Shown: in pieces, positions 1-10,120 of the stretch
Numbering within the stretch: the first letter of the stretch is position 1
Layout: every line of letters begins with the position of its first letter
Source: Pseudomonadota bacterium
Lineage (GTDB): Bacteria; Pseudomonadota; Alphaproteobacteria; Paracaedibacterales; CAITNM01
Assembly: GCA_018062345.1 (NCBI GenBank)
Contig: JAGOSL010000002.1
Location: 130,192-194,191 of the forward strand
Length of the DNA stretch: 64,000 bases
Direction: 5' to 3'
Notes under the pieces: model-generated
What the model was told of the DNA's origin: nothing
Database searches by the model: none
The model's input: only the letters and a program-made list of their open reading frames with translations
Translations under genes and position numbers: made by a program

Positions 1-2
1 AA

Positions 3-380
3 GAGTGCTTTGGCCGTGATGAAGCATGGCTTCAGCATATAGACGATCAAAAATACCAAGCTTTTCATATAAATAAGCAAGCTTTTATTTTTACCTACAC
101 TGTTCAGAATTCTACAGATTTACTAACTATTGGTGTAAATCCAGATCAGCGTAAAAAAGGTCTGGGATTGTCTTTAATGAAATGGGTTATAAACAAAGCT
201 CCGCAAGCGCAAAAATTTTTCTTAGACGTTGAGTGCCAAAATATTGCGGCGATTCAGCTGTACAAAAAAATCGGGTTTGAATTTATTTCGGTTCGAAAAG
301 GATATTACCCCCAAGCATCTGGTTTAGCCCTTGATGCGCATGTTATGACTTACCAAAAACCGGCAAGCTTGCTATTGTAA
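3..380 (+). CDS. rimI: GNAT N-acetyltransferase, RimI-like (5' end outside window)
   Basis: Frame 3 is open from base 3. Translation ...IGVNPDQRKKGLGLSLMKWV...IAAIQLYKKIGFEF... carries the GNAT acetyl-CoA motif (Q/R-x-x-G-x-G). The ORF track shows only the part after an internal Met (168..380). Confidence 0.6.
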   Translation, partial: ECFGRDEAWLQHIDDQKYQAFHINKQAFIFTYTVQNSTDLLTIGVNPDQRKKGLGLSLMKWVINKAPQAQKFFLDVECQNIAAIQLYKKIGFEFISVRKGYYPQASGLALDAHVMTYQKPASLLL

Positions 381-406
381 TGTAAGTTATTTGTTATATT
401 TATTTC

Positions 407-1426
407 ATGAATCCGATTACACAGAGGCGTCTTTACCAATTCAAGGCAAATAAGCGAGGATATTATTCGTTCTTAATTTTTTTTGGTATTTTCTTTGTAA
501 CTTTGTTTGCGGAATTCATTGCTAATGATAAGCCTTTGCTAGTTAGTTACAAAGGGGATTTGTATTTTCCTGTGCTGAAAAACTATCCGGAAACAACATT
601 TGGCGGCACATTTGAAACAGCGACAAATTATCGTGACCCGTTTGTGCAAAATCTTATAAAGCCAAATGGTTTTATTGTGTGGGCACCTATTCCATTCGGT
701 ATTAATACGGTTAATTATGCGCTTAGCTCTCCGGCTCCATCGTCCCCTACTTCTGAAAATTTTCTAGGAACAGATGACCAGGGGAGAGATGTTTTAACGC
801 GACTAATTTATGGTTTTCGTATTTCTATTTTATTTGGATTAGCCCTTACATTAGGGGCTTCTGTAATTGGAATTTTTACAGGCGCTATTCAAGGGTATTT
901 TGGAGGAAAATTTGATCTGTTGATGCAGCGATTTATCGAAATCTGGAGCAATCTTCCTGTTTTATATTTGCTTATTATTTTGTCTAGCATGATTGAGCCA
1001 AATTTTTGGTGGTTGTTAGCAATTATGCTGACATTTTCATGGATGACGCTTGTAAGCGTAGTAAGAGCTGAATTCTTTCGCACGCGCACACTTGATTACG
1101 TTCGGGCGGCCGAAGCATTAGGCGTGCCGAGTGGTCGAATTATATGGCGACATATGCTTCCAAACGCAATGGTTGCGGTTATTACATATTTGCCTTTTAT
1201 ATTAAATGGATCAATTGCAACGCTTACTTCACTTGATTTTTTGGGGTTTGGGTTACCACCAGGATCAGCATCTTTGGGTGAATTAATAACTCAAGCCAAA
1301 AATAACATTCAGGCGCCCTGGTTAGGGCTGACAGCATTCTTTTCAATTTCTGTGCTTTTGAGTTTGTTGATTTTTACTGGTGAAGCGGTGAGAGATGCGT
1401 TTGATTCCAGGAAAATTAAAGTCTGA
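407..1426 (+). CDS. yejE: ABC transporter permease, YejE-type (peptide/microcin C family)
   Basis: Near full-length resemblance to E. coli YejE as I recall it (NKRGYYS..., ANDKPLLV, NFWWLLAI, VVRAEF, LPNAM, SLDFLGFGLP, GEAVRDAFD). Confidence 0.85.
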   Translation: MNPITQRRLYQFKANKRGYYSFLIFFGIFFVTLFAEFIANDKPLLVSYKGDLYFPVLKNYPETTFGGTFETATNYRDPFVQNLIKPNGFIVWAPIPFGINTVNYALSSPAPSSPTSENFLGTDDQGRDVLTRLIYGFRISILFGLALTLGASVIGIFTGAIQGYFGGKFDLLMQRFIEIWSNLPVLYLLIILSSMIEPNFWWLLAIMLTFSWMTLVSVVRAEFFRTRTLDYVRAAEALGVPSGRIIWRHMLPNAMVAVITYLPFILNGSIATLTSLDFLGFGLPPGSASLGELITQAKNNIQAPWLGLTAFFSISVLLSLLIFTGEAVRDAFDSRKIKV

Positions 1427-1502
1427 TCAGGTATTTGCTAATTAAACAGTTATTAATGCATATATTGGATTCTTAAAAAGAAGGTTTTTTTTGAGGATTT
1501 TT

Positions 1503-2033
1503 ATGAAATTAGCGATAGCATTGATAAGCATTTTAGGAATGTTTAATTTTTTGAGTTCAGCTGACGCTGTTCGAAGTTTGGATGATTCTTGTGCGTACTG
1601 CATGACTGATGAGAATCCATCATTAACATATAGGCAAGCACTGGAAATAGTTTTAGTTAATTTAGATGGGCTAGATGTGAGCGTTAAGAGAACAGTAGAA
1701 AATGGTATAGAGGTTTTTTCTAAACCTGTTATAACGTCAATAGTTTTTGGTCCCACAGATTATTTGCAATTGGAAGAGGGAATAAAAGTTCTTCGACAAG
1801 TTCTTGCTTTAAAAAAGCCTTATCTTAGGATTTTTACATTGAAGCATTCTCCGCAAGCTGATTTGGATGCAAAGAAATACTCTGCAGAATACCTTTTAGG
1901 CTACAGTCTTGATTATGCACTTGGTACGATTGGTGTGAATGCTTGGAATTATAAAAGAGATCAAAAAGAGCTCGGCAAATGGCATGATTGCCTTGGTTTA
2001 ATAGAAGAAGTTAATGAAGAAAATAACGCGTAA
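1503..2033 (+). CDS. hypothetical secreted protein
   Basis: ORF with N-terminal signal-like segment MKLAIALISILGMFNFLSSADA. ATG at 1503 preferred over the TTG at 1491. No recognisable domain. Confidence 0.45.
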   Translation: MKLAIALISILGMFNFLSSADAVRSLDDSCAYCMTDENPSLTYRQALEIVLVNLDGLDVSVKRTVENGIEVFSKPVITSIVFGPTDYLQLEEGIKVLRQVLALKKPYLRIFTLKHSPQADLDAKKYSAEYLLGYSLDYALGTIGVNAWNYKRDQKELGKWHDCLGLIEEVNEENNA

Positions 2034-2040
2034 CTCTTGA

Positions 2041-2745
2041 TTACTTATGGAGTAAATTACGCAAAAATTTAACCAATCTATTTTTTGACGAAGATGATGG
2101 CAGATTACTTTTTGTTGCATGCCCTTGTCTGAATTGGTTTATAAACTCAGCAAGACCGATCTGACGCTTACGACTGGCTCGTTCTGCATTTAATATAGCT
2201 GCTACTTGAGACAGGCTTTTGTCAAAATCGCTATTCACGATTACATAATGATATTCAGGCCAATGACTTATTTCTGAAGAAGCTTCGCTCATTCTTTTTG
2301 CAATGGTTTCTTCATTATCTTGCCCTCTGAATTGCAGACGTTCATGTAATGCTTGTAAGTTCGGGGGAAGAATAAAAACGGTGACTAAATCATTAGAAGC
2401 TAGCTGTGCAATTTGTTGAGTGCCTTGCCAATCAATATCAAAAATAACATCGATTCCTTTGTCTAGTTGCTCAAAGACAAAATCTTTTGGGGTGCCATAG
2501 AGGTTTCCAAATACTTCTGCGTGTTCCAATAACTCACCCTTTTTGCGCATTTTTTTAAACTGATTTTCATTGATGAAAAAATAGTCTTCGCCATGAATTT
2601 CAGATGGACGTTTGGGCCGTGTAGTAACGGAAATAGAATTTTTTAAATTATTATCTTGAGCTAGCAATGCCCGGGCAATTGAGGTTTTACCTGCTCCTGA
2701 AGGAGATGACAATACAAGCATTAACCCGCGCCTTTTAATGTTCAT
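2041..2745 (-). CDS. gmk: guanylate kinase
   Basis: P-loop SSPSGAGKTS and TTRPKRPSE..GEDYFF guanylate kinase motifs. About 25 aa C-terminal extension. Confidence 0.9.
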   Translation of the reverse strand: MNIKRRGLMLVLSSPSGAGKTSIARALLAQDNNLKNSISVTTRPKRPSEIHGEDYFFINENQFKKMRKKGELLEHAEVFGNLYGTPKDFVFEQLDKGIDVIFDIDWQGTQQIAQLASNDLVTVFILPPNLQALHERLQFRGQDNEETIAKRMSEASSEISHWPEYHYVIVNSDFDKSLSQVAAILNAERASRKRQIGLAEFINQFRQGHATKSNLPSSSSKNRLVKFLRNLLHK

Positions 2746-3716
2746 AGAGATTTCTTTCTTTGTTTTTCGATGGCTCTTAATAGTTGCACATTTTTATTGT
2801 GCGCCTTTAAATTAGTGCTGAATTCATGCCCACCTATGTCGTTTGCAACAAAATACAAATATTCAGTTTGAGCGGGTTTTAATACTGCCATAATACTAGC
2901 TTCTCCGGGGCAAGCAATAGGTGTTGGGGGTAGCCCTTTTTTTAAGTAGGTATTATAAGGTGAATCAAATGCTAAATCATTCTTAGATATTGGCCTGTAA
3001 AATGAGGTTTTTCCATTGGTGATAGCGTAAATAACTGTAGGGTCTGCTTGCAAAGGCATGTTGTACTGTAGGCGATTGAGATAAACTGAAGCTACTAAGT
3101 CTCGTTCTTCAGGAAGACGAGTTTCTTTTTCAATGATTGAGGCCAGAATAAGGACTTCATTCCAATTATTTAAAGCTGATTGTTTTTCGTATGTCGGCCA
3201 CACTTTATTTTTAAGTGATTCCATACTCTTTACCATGCGCTGCAGGACGTGTTGCTTCGATTCACCCCAATAGTAATCGTAGGTTTGAGGTAGAATTGTG
3301 CCTTCTGGGGGTAATTCAACAGAGCCTGTTAGAATTTCAATAGCTTCAAGCTTTTGTGCAGTTTCGTAGACAGTAAGACCTTCAGGAACTGTTATATAGT
3401 GAATAACAACTTCGCCTTTTGTAATTTTTTGCAAGAAGCTCCACAAAGTCATTTGAAGGTCAATAAGGTACTCACCATGTTTAAGGGGCTGGCGAAGCAT
3501 TTTATTAAACGCTGCACCCGCTAAGAAGCTGATTGTGTGCGGAAGAATTTTTTGTGCTTTTAGATTTTTTGCAATTGTATAAGTTGAATCGCCTTTTTTG
3601 ATAATGAAGTAGGTGTTATCAGTCACATGTAAAGATCTTAAAAGACCTCCTGGCCCATAGGTAAGGAGGGCCCCAAGAATAAAAACCGACAATACAATTG
3701 ATATGATATAGCGCAT
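2742..3716 (-). CDS. mltG: endolytic murein transglycosylase MltG (YceG-like)
   Basis: N-terminal TM helix and YceG-like core (ASIIEKET..., SVYLNRL, LQADPTVIY, SPYNTY...GLPPTPI). Its stop codon overlaps the gmk start by 4 nt. Confidence 0.85.
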   Translation of the reverse strand: MRYIISIVLSVFILGALLTYGPGGLLRSLHVTDNTYFIIKKGDSTYTIAKNLKAQKILPHTISFLAGAAFNKMLRQPLKHGEYLIDLQMTLWSFLQKITKGEVVIHYITVPEGLTVYETAQKLEAIEILTGSVELPPEGTILPQTYDYYWGESKQHVLQRMVKSMESLKNKVWPTYEKQSALNNWNEVLILASIIEKETRLPEERDLVASVYLNRLQYNMPLQADPTVIYAITNGKTSFYRPISKNDLAFDSPYNTYLKKGLPPTPIACPGEASIMAVLKPAQTEYLYFVANDIGGHEFSTNLKAHNKNVQLLRAIEKQRKKSL

Positions 3717-3729
3717 GATCTTAATAAAA

Positions 3730-3804
3730 TGGTGGTCGCAACAGGGATTGAACCTGTGACCCCTACAATGTCAATGTAGTGCTCTACCGCTGAGCTATGC
3801 GACC
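3730..3804 (-). tRNA. tRNA-Val (anticodon GAC), CCA encoded
   Basis: Reverse complement folds as a cloverleaf: GGTCGCA/TGCGACC acceptor, GCTC..GAGC D stem, CTACA-TTGACAT-TGTAG anticodon arm, ACAGG-TTCAATC-CCTGT T arm, ACCA end. Confidence 0.9.
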
Positions 3805-3852
3805 GATTTAATGTTTATAGCATTACATAAATTTTGCTGCAATGGCAGAGCC

Positions 3853-5874
3853 TTAGGAAAATTGAATTTCCATGTCTTCTAATGAGCGTAGTTCGTCACG
3901 TAAACTTGCTGCTTTTTCAAATTCTAAATTACCAGCGGCTGCTTTCATGTCTTTCAAGAGCTGATTTTTTTTCTTTTCAAGTTGTTTAGGTGAAAGATTT
4001 TTGAGTGGCGAATCCAAAGGCTCTTGTTTTTCACGTAAATCAAGCGATGAAGAAATGGTTTTTTTAATAGTTTCTGGCGTGATGCCATGAGCAGCATTAT
4101 GAGCTAATTGCTTATTTCGGCGACGTTCAGTTTCTTCTAATGCACCTTTTAAAGACCCTGTTAGTTTGTCTGCATAAAGAATAACGCGGCCTTCAACATT
4201 TCGTGCAGCACGTCCTATGGTTTGAATAAGCGAAGTTTTTGAGCGCAAGAACCCTTCTTTATCAGCATCTAAAATGGCTACAAGGCCGCACTCTGGAATG
4301 TCTAGCCCTTCGCGCAAAAGGTTAATGCCTACTAAAATATCAAATTCACCGGAGCGCAGACCTCGAATAATTTCAATACGCTCGAGGGTTTCTATGTCTG
4401 AATGCAAATAGCGAACGCGCATGTTTGCTTCAATTAAATATTCTGTGAGAGCTTCGGCCATTTTTTTTGTAAGTGTGGTAACCAATACTCTAAAGCCTTG
4501 ACCGACGGTCTGACGACATTCTTCCATTAGATCATCGACTTGATGATCGCATGGTTTTATTATGCAGATAGGGTCAACCAGACCCGTTGGGCGAATGAGC
4601 TGTTCAACGAACACTCCTTGGGTTTGATCTAGTTCCCAAGGACCGGGAGTGGCTGAAATAAATAGAGTTTGAGGGCGATAACTATTCCATTCTTCAAACA
4701 TTAAAGGGCGGTTATCTTTGCATGATGGCAACCTGAAACCGTGTTCTGATAATACTTCTTTACGAGCACGGTCACCTTTGTACATCCCACCGATTTGTGG
4801 AACGCTGACGTGACTTTCATCGACGAATAATAAGGCATCTTTTGGAAGGTATTCAAATAATGTTGGGGGTGGTTCACCAGGGTTGCGTCCTGTTAAATAT
4901 CTAGAATAGTTTTCAATACTTGCGCAACTTCCCGTTGCTTGCATCATTTCTATATCAAATTTTGTGCGCTGCGAAAGGCGTTGCGCCTCTAATAATTTGC
5001 CTGCACTTTCAAGTTCAGCAAGACGAACAGCCAATTCTGATTGAATTTTTTTAATTGCTTGTTGAATGGTTGGGCCAGGTGTTACGTAGTGGCTATTGGC
5101 AAATACACGAATTTCATCAAGCTGGGCGAATTTCTCTCCTGTTAGAGCGTCTACTTCAGTAATGCTTTCAATTTCATCGCCAAAAAAACTTAAGCGCCAA
5201 GAGCGATCAGCGAAGTGACTTGGGAAAATATCTAGCACATCGCCACGGCTGCGAAATGCCCCCCTGACAAAAGCTAAATCATTGCGTTTGTATTGCAATT
5301 GGATAAGTTGTTGCATTAACTGTTGTTTATCAAAATTCTGCCCAACTTTAAGTGGAATTGTCATTTCGCTATAAGTGTTGGCACCGCCAATGCCATAAAT
5401 ACACGAAACGCTGGCAACCACAATTACGTCGCGCCTTTCTAGCATTGAACGAGTGGCGGAATGTCGCATTCTATCTATTTGTTCGTTGATGGAAGCGGTT
5501 TTTTCGATGAATGTATCGGTGCGAGGAACGTATGCTTCTGGTTGATAGTAATCATAATAAGATACAAAATACTCAACTGCGTTATGGGGGAAAAATTCCT
5601 TCATTTCTGAATACAATTGTGCTGCTAAAATTTTGTTTGGGGCCATTACGAGTGATGGACGCTGTAAATGTTGAATGACTTGCGCCACAGTAAACGTTTT
5701 TCCAGAACCTGTGACACCTAACAAAACTTGGTTACGCTCACCTGTTTCAAAACCCTTAATAATTTCCTTGATAGCAGCAGGTTGGTCTCCTGCTGGCTGA
5801 AATGGGGATTCAAGCGCAAATGGAGCGCTGGTTTTGCTGCATTCGTTATATAGCAAAGGAACAATGGTGGTCAT
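3853..5874 (-). CDS. uvrB: excinuclease ABC subunit B
   Basis: Walker A GVTGSGKT, helicase motifs (DESH), C-terminal UVR domain ([13 protein letters not shown]). 673 aa. Confidence 0.95.
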   Translation of the reverse strand: MTTIVPLLYNECSKTSAPFALESPFQPAGDQPAAIKEIIKGFETGERNQVLLGVTGSGKTFTVAQVIQHLQRPSLVMAPNKILAAQLYSEMKEFFPHNAVEYFVSYYDYYQPEAYVPRTDTFIEKTASINEQIDRMRHSATRSMLERRDVIVVASVSCIYGIGGANTYSEMTIPLKVGQNFDKQQLMQQLIQLQYKRNDLAFVRGAFRSRGDVLDIFPSHFADRSWRLSFFGDEIESITEVDALTGEKFAQLDEIRVFANSHYVTPGPTIQQAIKKIQSELAVRLAELESAGKLLEAQRLSQRTKFDIEMMQATGSCASIENYSRYLTGRNPGEPPPTLFEYLPKDALLFVDESHVSVPQIGGMYKGDRARKEVLSEHGFRLPSCKDNRPLMFEEWNSYRPQTLFISATPGPWELDQTQGVFVEQLIRPTGLVDPICIIKPCDHQVDDLMEECRQTVGQGFRVLVTTLTKKMAEALTEYLIEANMRVRYLHSDIETLERIEIIRGLRSGEFDILVGINLLREGLDIPECGLVAILDADKEGFLRSKTSLIQTIGRAARNVEGRVILYADKLTGSLKGALEETERRRNKQLAHNAAHGITPETIKKTISSSLDLREKQEPLDSPLKNLSPKQLEKKKNQLLKDMKAAAGNLEFEKAASLRDELRSLEDMEIQFS

Positions 5875-5942
5875 GATGCAAAGCTTTTGATAAGTTCTGT
5901 ATTATTGATAAACTATAGCGAAGCCGCAAGAGAAGATTTTTT

Positions 5943-6893
5943 ATGGAGTGTAAATCAATAGAAATTGTTCCGTATGATGCTGACTGGCCAAGGATATTTG
6001 AACATGAAGCTGCAGCTATTAGAGAACAATTAGATGGTAATTGTGTTGAGATTCATCATGTAGGATCTACAGCTGTGTTAGGGCTAAGTGCTAAGCCGAT
6101 TATTGATATGGTCTTGGTTGCTAAAAATCCATCTGAGGCTATTTGCCTTCTGGAATCTCTTGGCTATGTTTACGAAGGAGAGATGAACATTCCTTTCCGA
6201 TTTTATTTTAATAAAAAGAGCACGATAGAATTTCACTTGCATGTGTATTCGCCAGATAGTCCAGAAGTAGAATTAAATTTATTGTTTAGAAATTTTTTAC
6301 GATCGCATCCTGATGCATGCAATGAATATGCTGATCTGAAACGTACTCTTGCTGAGGAACAAAAAGCATATAAAGATATTCGACCTATGCTTTCGCATTA
6401 TACACTAGGGAAAAATATTTTTATTCGAAATATCTTACAGCAAGCTGGGTTTGATAGGTTAAGGCTAATGCATTGTACGCATTATGCTGAATGGGAGGCA
6501 GCGAAAATCTTCCGTCAAAAATATTTTTTTGATAAAGTTCCTATTGCTGATCCTTATACTTGGACTTTTAAACATAAAGACCATGTGCACTTTGTGTTGT
6601 ATAAGGGTGTGGAGATTGTAGGATATGTGCATCTGCAATATTGGCCCGAAAAACGAGTTGCTATGCGTATTATTGTGATTGATGAGAATTTTAGGGGGCA
6701 GGGATTTGGTGGACATTTGCTAGGGCTTTGTGAAAAATGGTTGCGCTTACATGGTTTTAAAACCATTCATATTCAAACTTCACCAGAATCTTATAATTTT
6801 TATAAAAAAAATGCTTACGCTGAAATGCCTTTTAATGATCCTGATGAACATGCGGTTTATCATCAAGATATTGATATGGGCAAGTTGTTGTGA
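5943..6893 (+). CDS. GrpB-family (UPF0157) domain fused to a C-terminal GNAT acetyltransferase
   Basis: N-terminal half IEIVPYDADWP...IHHVGSTAV.GL.AKPIIDM is GrpB-like. C-terminal half has the GNAT motif RGQGFGGHLL...YKKNAY. Confidence 0.7.
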   Translation: MECKSIEIVPYDADWPRIFEHEAAAIREQLDGNCVEIHHVGSTAVLGLSAKPIIDMVLVAKNPSEAICLLESLGYVYEGEMNIPFRFYFNKKSTIEFHLHVYSPDSPEVELNLLFRNFLRSHPDACNEYADLKRTLAEEQKAYKDIRPMLSHYTLGKNIFIRNILQQAGFDRLRLMHCTHYAEWEAAKIFRQKYFFDKVPIADPYTWTFKHKDHVHFVLYKGVEIVGYVHLQYWPEKRVAMRIIVIDENFRGQGFGGHLLGLCEKWLRLHGFKTIHIQTSPESYNFYKKNAYAEMPFNDPDEHAVYHQDIDMGKLL

Positions 6894-7224
6894 GTGCTAT
6901 GCAACTTTGTTGCCAAGTATTAGATTGCCACAGCCCTTTCCGGCCTTCGCCGGGACGACTTAGTGTTATTTCTTAAAAGTCGACTTTGGATTGTTGATCT
7001 TCAGGAGAGCTCATTCCCTTGGATTTAAAATCCTATTTTACGATCTCATGAAATAGGTATTTTGGCAAAAAATAAATTTTGTTTGAGCGGAAAATTGTGC
7101 TGGGAGAGAACTTAATTAAGTTTATGTTAAAAAAATCTTATAAAAAATTTAACTATTGTTAACAGTTAATTAATTTTTGTTTATTAATATATAATTACTA
7201 ATATTTAATATTTAGTTTTAAATT

Positions 7225-7794
7225 ATGAAAATATATGTAATTTTTCTTTCTTTGATTTTAATGCCTAAGGATATTTATAGCTCGTTCGATAATGATATTG
7301 GTGGCATCGATGTTGAAATGGGTTTGAGAGATTTAACCCGCGTAGAGACAAATTTAAGTGCAGAAAGTGGGAATTCACAAGAAATTGCAGAAGAAACTGG
7401 CATAAGAAAAAACACAGTAACAAAAGTTCATAATCTTCTTAGTAATGATTACGAAAGGAATGTGCAGGATTTACTTTGGGCACGATGGTTTTTTAGAAAA
7501 ACAGCAAATATTTCAGAGCTGTTTGGTAATACCCTTACATATGTTGGTATTGGTGCAACAACCCTTGCGACAGGCACGCGTCTTATAAACGAAGAGCATC
7601 TTTCTGATATGCTTCTTTTTACTGGCACAGCGTGTTTTGCTGTGCATTTAACTTTTATTGGAATTGCCAGGTGTAGCGCTAGAGAACAGGAAGAAAGAGA
7701 AGAGCAACTCAAATCTTTAGCTAAGGAAGTAAAATTTAATGTGGTGCCGTTAACACCTGTGATTACTAGTGATGCTAATGCTCAACGAAGTTGA
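7225..7794 (+). CDS. hypothetical membrane protein with paired hydrophobic segments
   Basis: 189-aa ORF after a very AT-rich 330-bp spacer. Two adjacent hydrophobic stretches (LTYVGIGATTLATG / MLLFTGTACFAVHLTFIGIA). No known domain. Confidence 0.4.
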   Translation: MKIYVIFLSLILMPKDIYSSFDNDIGGIDVEMGLRDLTRVETNLSAESGNSQEIAEETGIRKNTVTKVHNLLSNDYERNVQDLLWARWFFRKTANISELFGNTLTYVGIGATTLATGTRLINEEHLSDMLLFTGTACFAVHLTFIGIARCSAREQEEREEQLKSLAKEVKFNVVPLTPVITSDANAQRS

Positions 7795-10118
7795 GCATTT
7801 ACTTTTGCTGCAGATTGAACAATAGCTTCATGAATCTGGGTAAGTGATTCTTCATCTAGCGTTTTTTGTGTGGGTTGTAGTGTAATAGAAAGCGCCAGTG
7901 ACTTTTTACCCTGCTCGATGTGAGATCCTTGATAGCAGTCAAAAACCTCTACTTGTGTAATAAGATCATTGGCTCTTTCAACAGCTTTTATAAGTGTTGC
8001 TGCTGGAATGTCTGAATCTAAAACAAAAGCGAAATCACGGCGAACAGGCATAAGATCAGCTAAAGTTGCTTGAATTTTTTTAAGCTTTGCTGGGTGAATA
8101 TTGTCTAGAAAAATTTCAAAGCCAACTGTGTTTAAGTCATTAGTAATTTTGGGATGCAATTCACCAAAATAGGCTAAAACTCGATTTCCCTGTTTGAAAG
8201 TGCCTTTGCGTCCGGGGTGATAATATGAAGGTCCATCAATGCTCAGCTGCATAGAAGATTCGGGTACGCCTAATATTTTTAATGTACTTAGGGCATCTGC
8301 CTTGGCATCAAACACATCTACATTTCTTGGTGGTCCTGAGAGCCAGTGACGATCTTGAGAGTTTCCAAAGCGAAGCCCTGCAATAGAGGTGGTTTGGTTG
8401 TGTTGAAGATGCGCTCCGTAAATAGGAGCAATTTCGAAAATAGCACCACTAGAACGAGCATTTGCTGTATTGAATTGAGCTACTTTTAGACATGAGATAA
8501 GTAAAGATGGGCGCATCACAGAAAAATCTTCAGTTATTGGATTTTGTAAGTGAACTAAATGCTGTTGATTTTCGCTGAATTCTAGAGCGCTGGTTTTATC
8601 AGTAAATGACCAATTAATTGTTTCTAAAAATCCGCGAGTGCATAAATGTTTTTTTGCTAATTCTTCGCGCGAGGCTAAGTTCTTTATTGGTTGTAATGGT
8701 AGAGATTTTGCAGGGATTTCATGATAGCCCTTTAATCGTGCTATTTCTTCAATAAGATCTTCAGCAATTGTTAAATCATGACGCCACCTTGGGGGTGTTA
8801 TTTTTAAGCTAGCTGTTTGATCAACAGAACAACCTAATTTTTCCAAAATATTTACAATTTCACTAACTTCAATTTTTAATCCAAGTCGCTGCTCAACATG
8901 CTTATGATCAAGATTAATTACTTGTTGTGCTTTTAAATAAGCCCCTTGAATGGATTGTTTAGAGGGTGTTCCCCCGCATAGATCCATGACCATTTTTGTT
9001 GCCATATCAAGGCAAGGTGTAACAAAAGTAGGGTCAACACCCCGCTCAAAACGCATTCTTGAATCAGAAGTTATGTTGAGTCGTTGCCCCGTTATGGCGA
9101 TGGATACGGGGTCAAAATAAGCGGATTCAAGAAGTACATTTGTTGTTTTTTCGTCGACCGCTGTTTCGCGTCCGCCCATAATTCCTGCCAAAGAAATAAC
9201 ACCACGATTATCAGCAATAACGATCATGTTATCTTCAAGAATGTAATCTTGATCGTTAAGGGCTTTTAAAATTTCTCCGTTTTTTGCCATGCGAACAACT
9301 ATGTTGCCTTGAATTTTATCAGTATCAAAAACATGCATGGGACGCCCTAATCCAATACAAAAATAATTTGTGATGTCGACTAGAGTGCTAATAGATTTTT
9401 GGCCAGATCGCGTTAACAAATCTTGCAGCCAAGAGGGCGAAGAGCCATTTTTAACGCCGCTAATTTGGCAAAGACTAAACTGCGAGCACAAATCAGTTTG
9501 TATTGAAATAATTGGTGTTTCACCTTGTCTTACTATGGTTGGCAAATCGTGATGTTTTAAAGTGCCAATTCCTGCTGCTGCTAAATCACGGGCAATTCCA
9601 TATACAGAAAAGCAGTCACCACGATTGGGAGTAATTGAAAGATCAAAAATTGCATCAGTTGAAAGAATGTCAGTAAGGGGGGTGCCAGGTTCATAATCAA
9701 GGCCCAAGTCCATAATACCTTCAGATTCTTCACCTAGTAATAATTCTTTAGAAGAACAAAGCATACCAAAGCTATCAACGTTACGTATGGTGCCCTTTTT
9801 TAGTGCTTCTCTGGTTATGGGAATAACAGTGCCAACCGATGCGAAAGCAACGCCCATGTTTGATTTTACGTTTGATGCGCCGCAAACAACTTGAATAAGT
9901 TCGCCAGTTCCTGCATCAACTTTGCACAAAGAAAGTCGATCAGCATTGGGATGTTTTTCTCTTTCTACAACTTGGGCGTATACAAAACCTTTTAAGGCTG
10001 TTGCAGGATCATCGAGTGACTCAACTTCGAGCCCAAGCTCAACAAGTTTTGAAGCAATCTCATTCGGAGTCACATCAGTATCTAAATATTTTTTAAGCCA
10101 TTCGTAGGAAAATTTCAT
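7782..10118 (-). CDS. pheT: phenylalanine--tRNA ligase beta subunit
   Basis: N-terminal tRNA-binding domain (HPNADRLSLCKVD), B3/4 and B5 regions, 778 aa. Lies directly downstream of pheS. Confidence 0.95.
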   Translation of the reverse strand: MKFSYEWLKKYLDTDVTPNEIASKLVELGLEVESLDDPATALKGFVYAQVVEREKHPNADRLSLCKVDAGTGELIQVVCGASNVKSNMGVAFASVGTVIPITREALKKGTIRNVDSFGMLCSSKELLLGEESEGIMDLGLDYEPGTPLTDILSTDAIFDLSITPNRGDCFSVYGIARDLAAAGIGTLKHHDLPTIVRQGETPIISIQTDLCSQFSLCQISGVKNGSSPSWLQDLLTRSGQKSISTLVDITNYFCIGLGRPMHVFDTDKIQGNIVVRMAKNGEILKALNDQDYILEDNMIVIADNRGVISLAGIMGGRETAVDEKTTNVLLESAYFDPVSIAITGQRLNITSDSRMRFERGVDPTFVTPCLDMATKMVMDLCGGTPSKQSIQGAYLKAQQVINLDHKHVEQRLGLKIEVSEIVNILEKLGCSVDQTASLKITPPRWRHDLTIAEDLIEEIARLKGYHEIPAKSLPLQPIKNLASREELAKKHLCTRGFLETINWSFTDKTSALEFSENQQHLVHLQNPITEDFSVMRPSLLISCLKVAQFNTANARSSGAIFEIAPIYGAHLQHNQTTSIAGLRFGNSQDRHWLSGPPRNVDVFDAKADALSTLKILGVPESSMQLSIDGPSYYHPGRKGTFKQGNRVLAYFGELHPKITNDLNTVGFEIFLDNIHPAKLKKIQATLADLMPVRRDFAFVLDSDIPAATLIKAVERANDLITQVEVFDCYQGSHIEQGKKSLALSITLQPTQKTLDEESLTQIHEAIVQSAAKVNAQLR

Positions 10119-10120
10119 TT

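Noticed and set aside
6925-6965. GC-rich hairpin-like motif (ccggccttcgccgg) after the GrpB-GNAT gene, considered as a dispersed palindromic element
   Set aside because: It is a single occurrence in the window with a short 5-bp stem. At most it is a weak terminator, so it is not reported as a feature.
7151-7170. Palindrome TGTTAACA in the AT-rich spacer, considered as a possible operator
   Set aside because: The symmetry is only 8 bp in almost pure A/T sequence, which is expected by chance.
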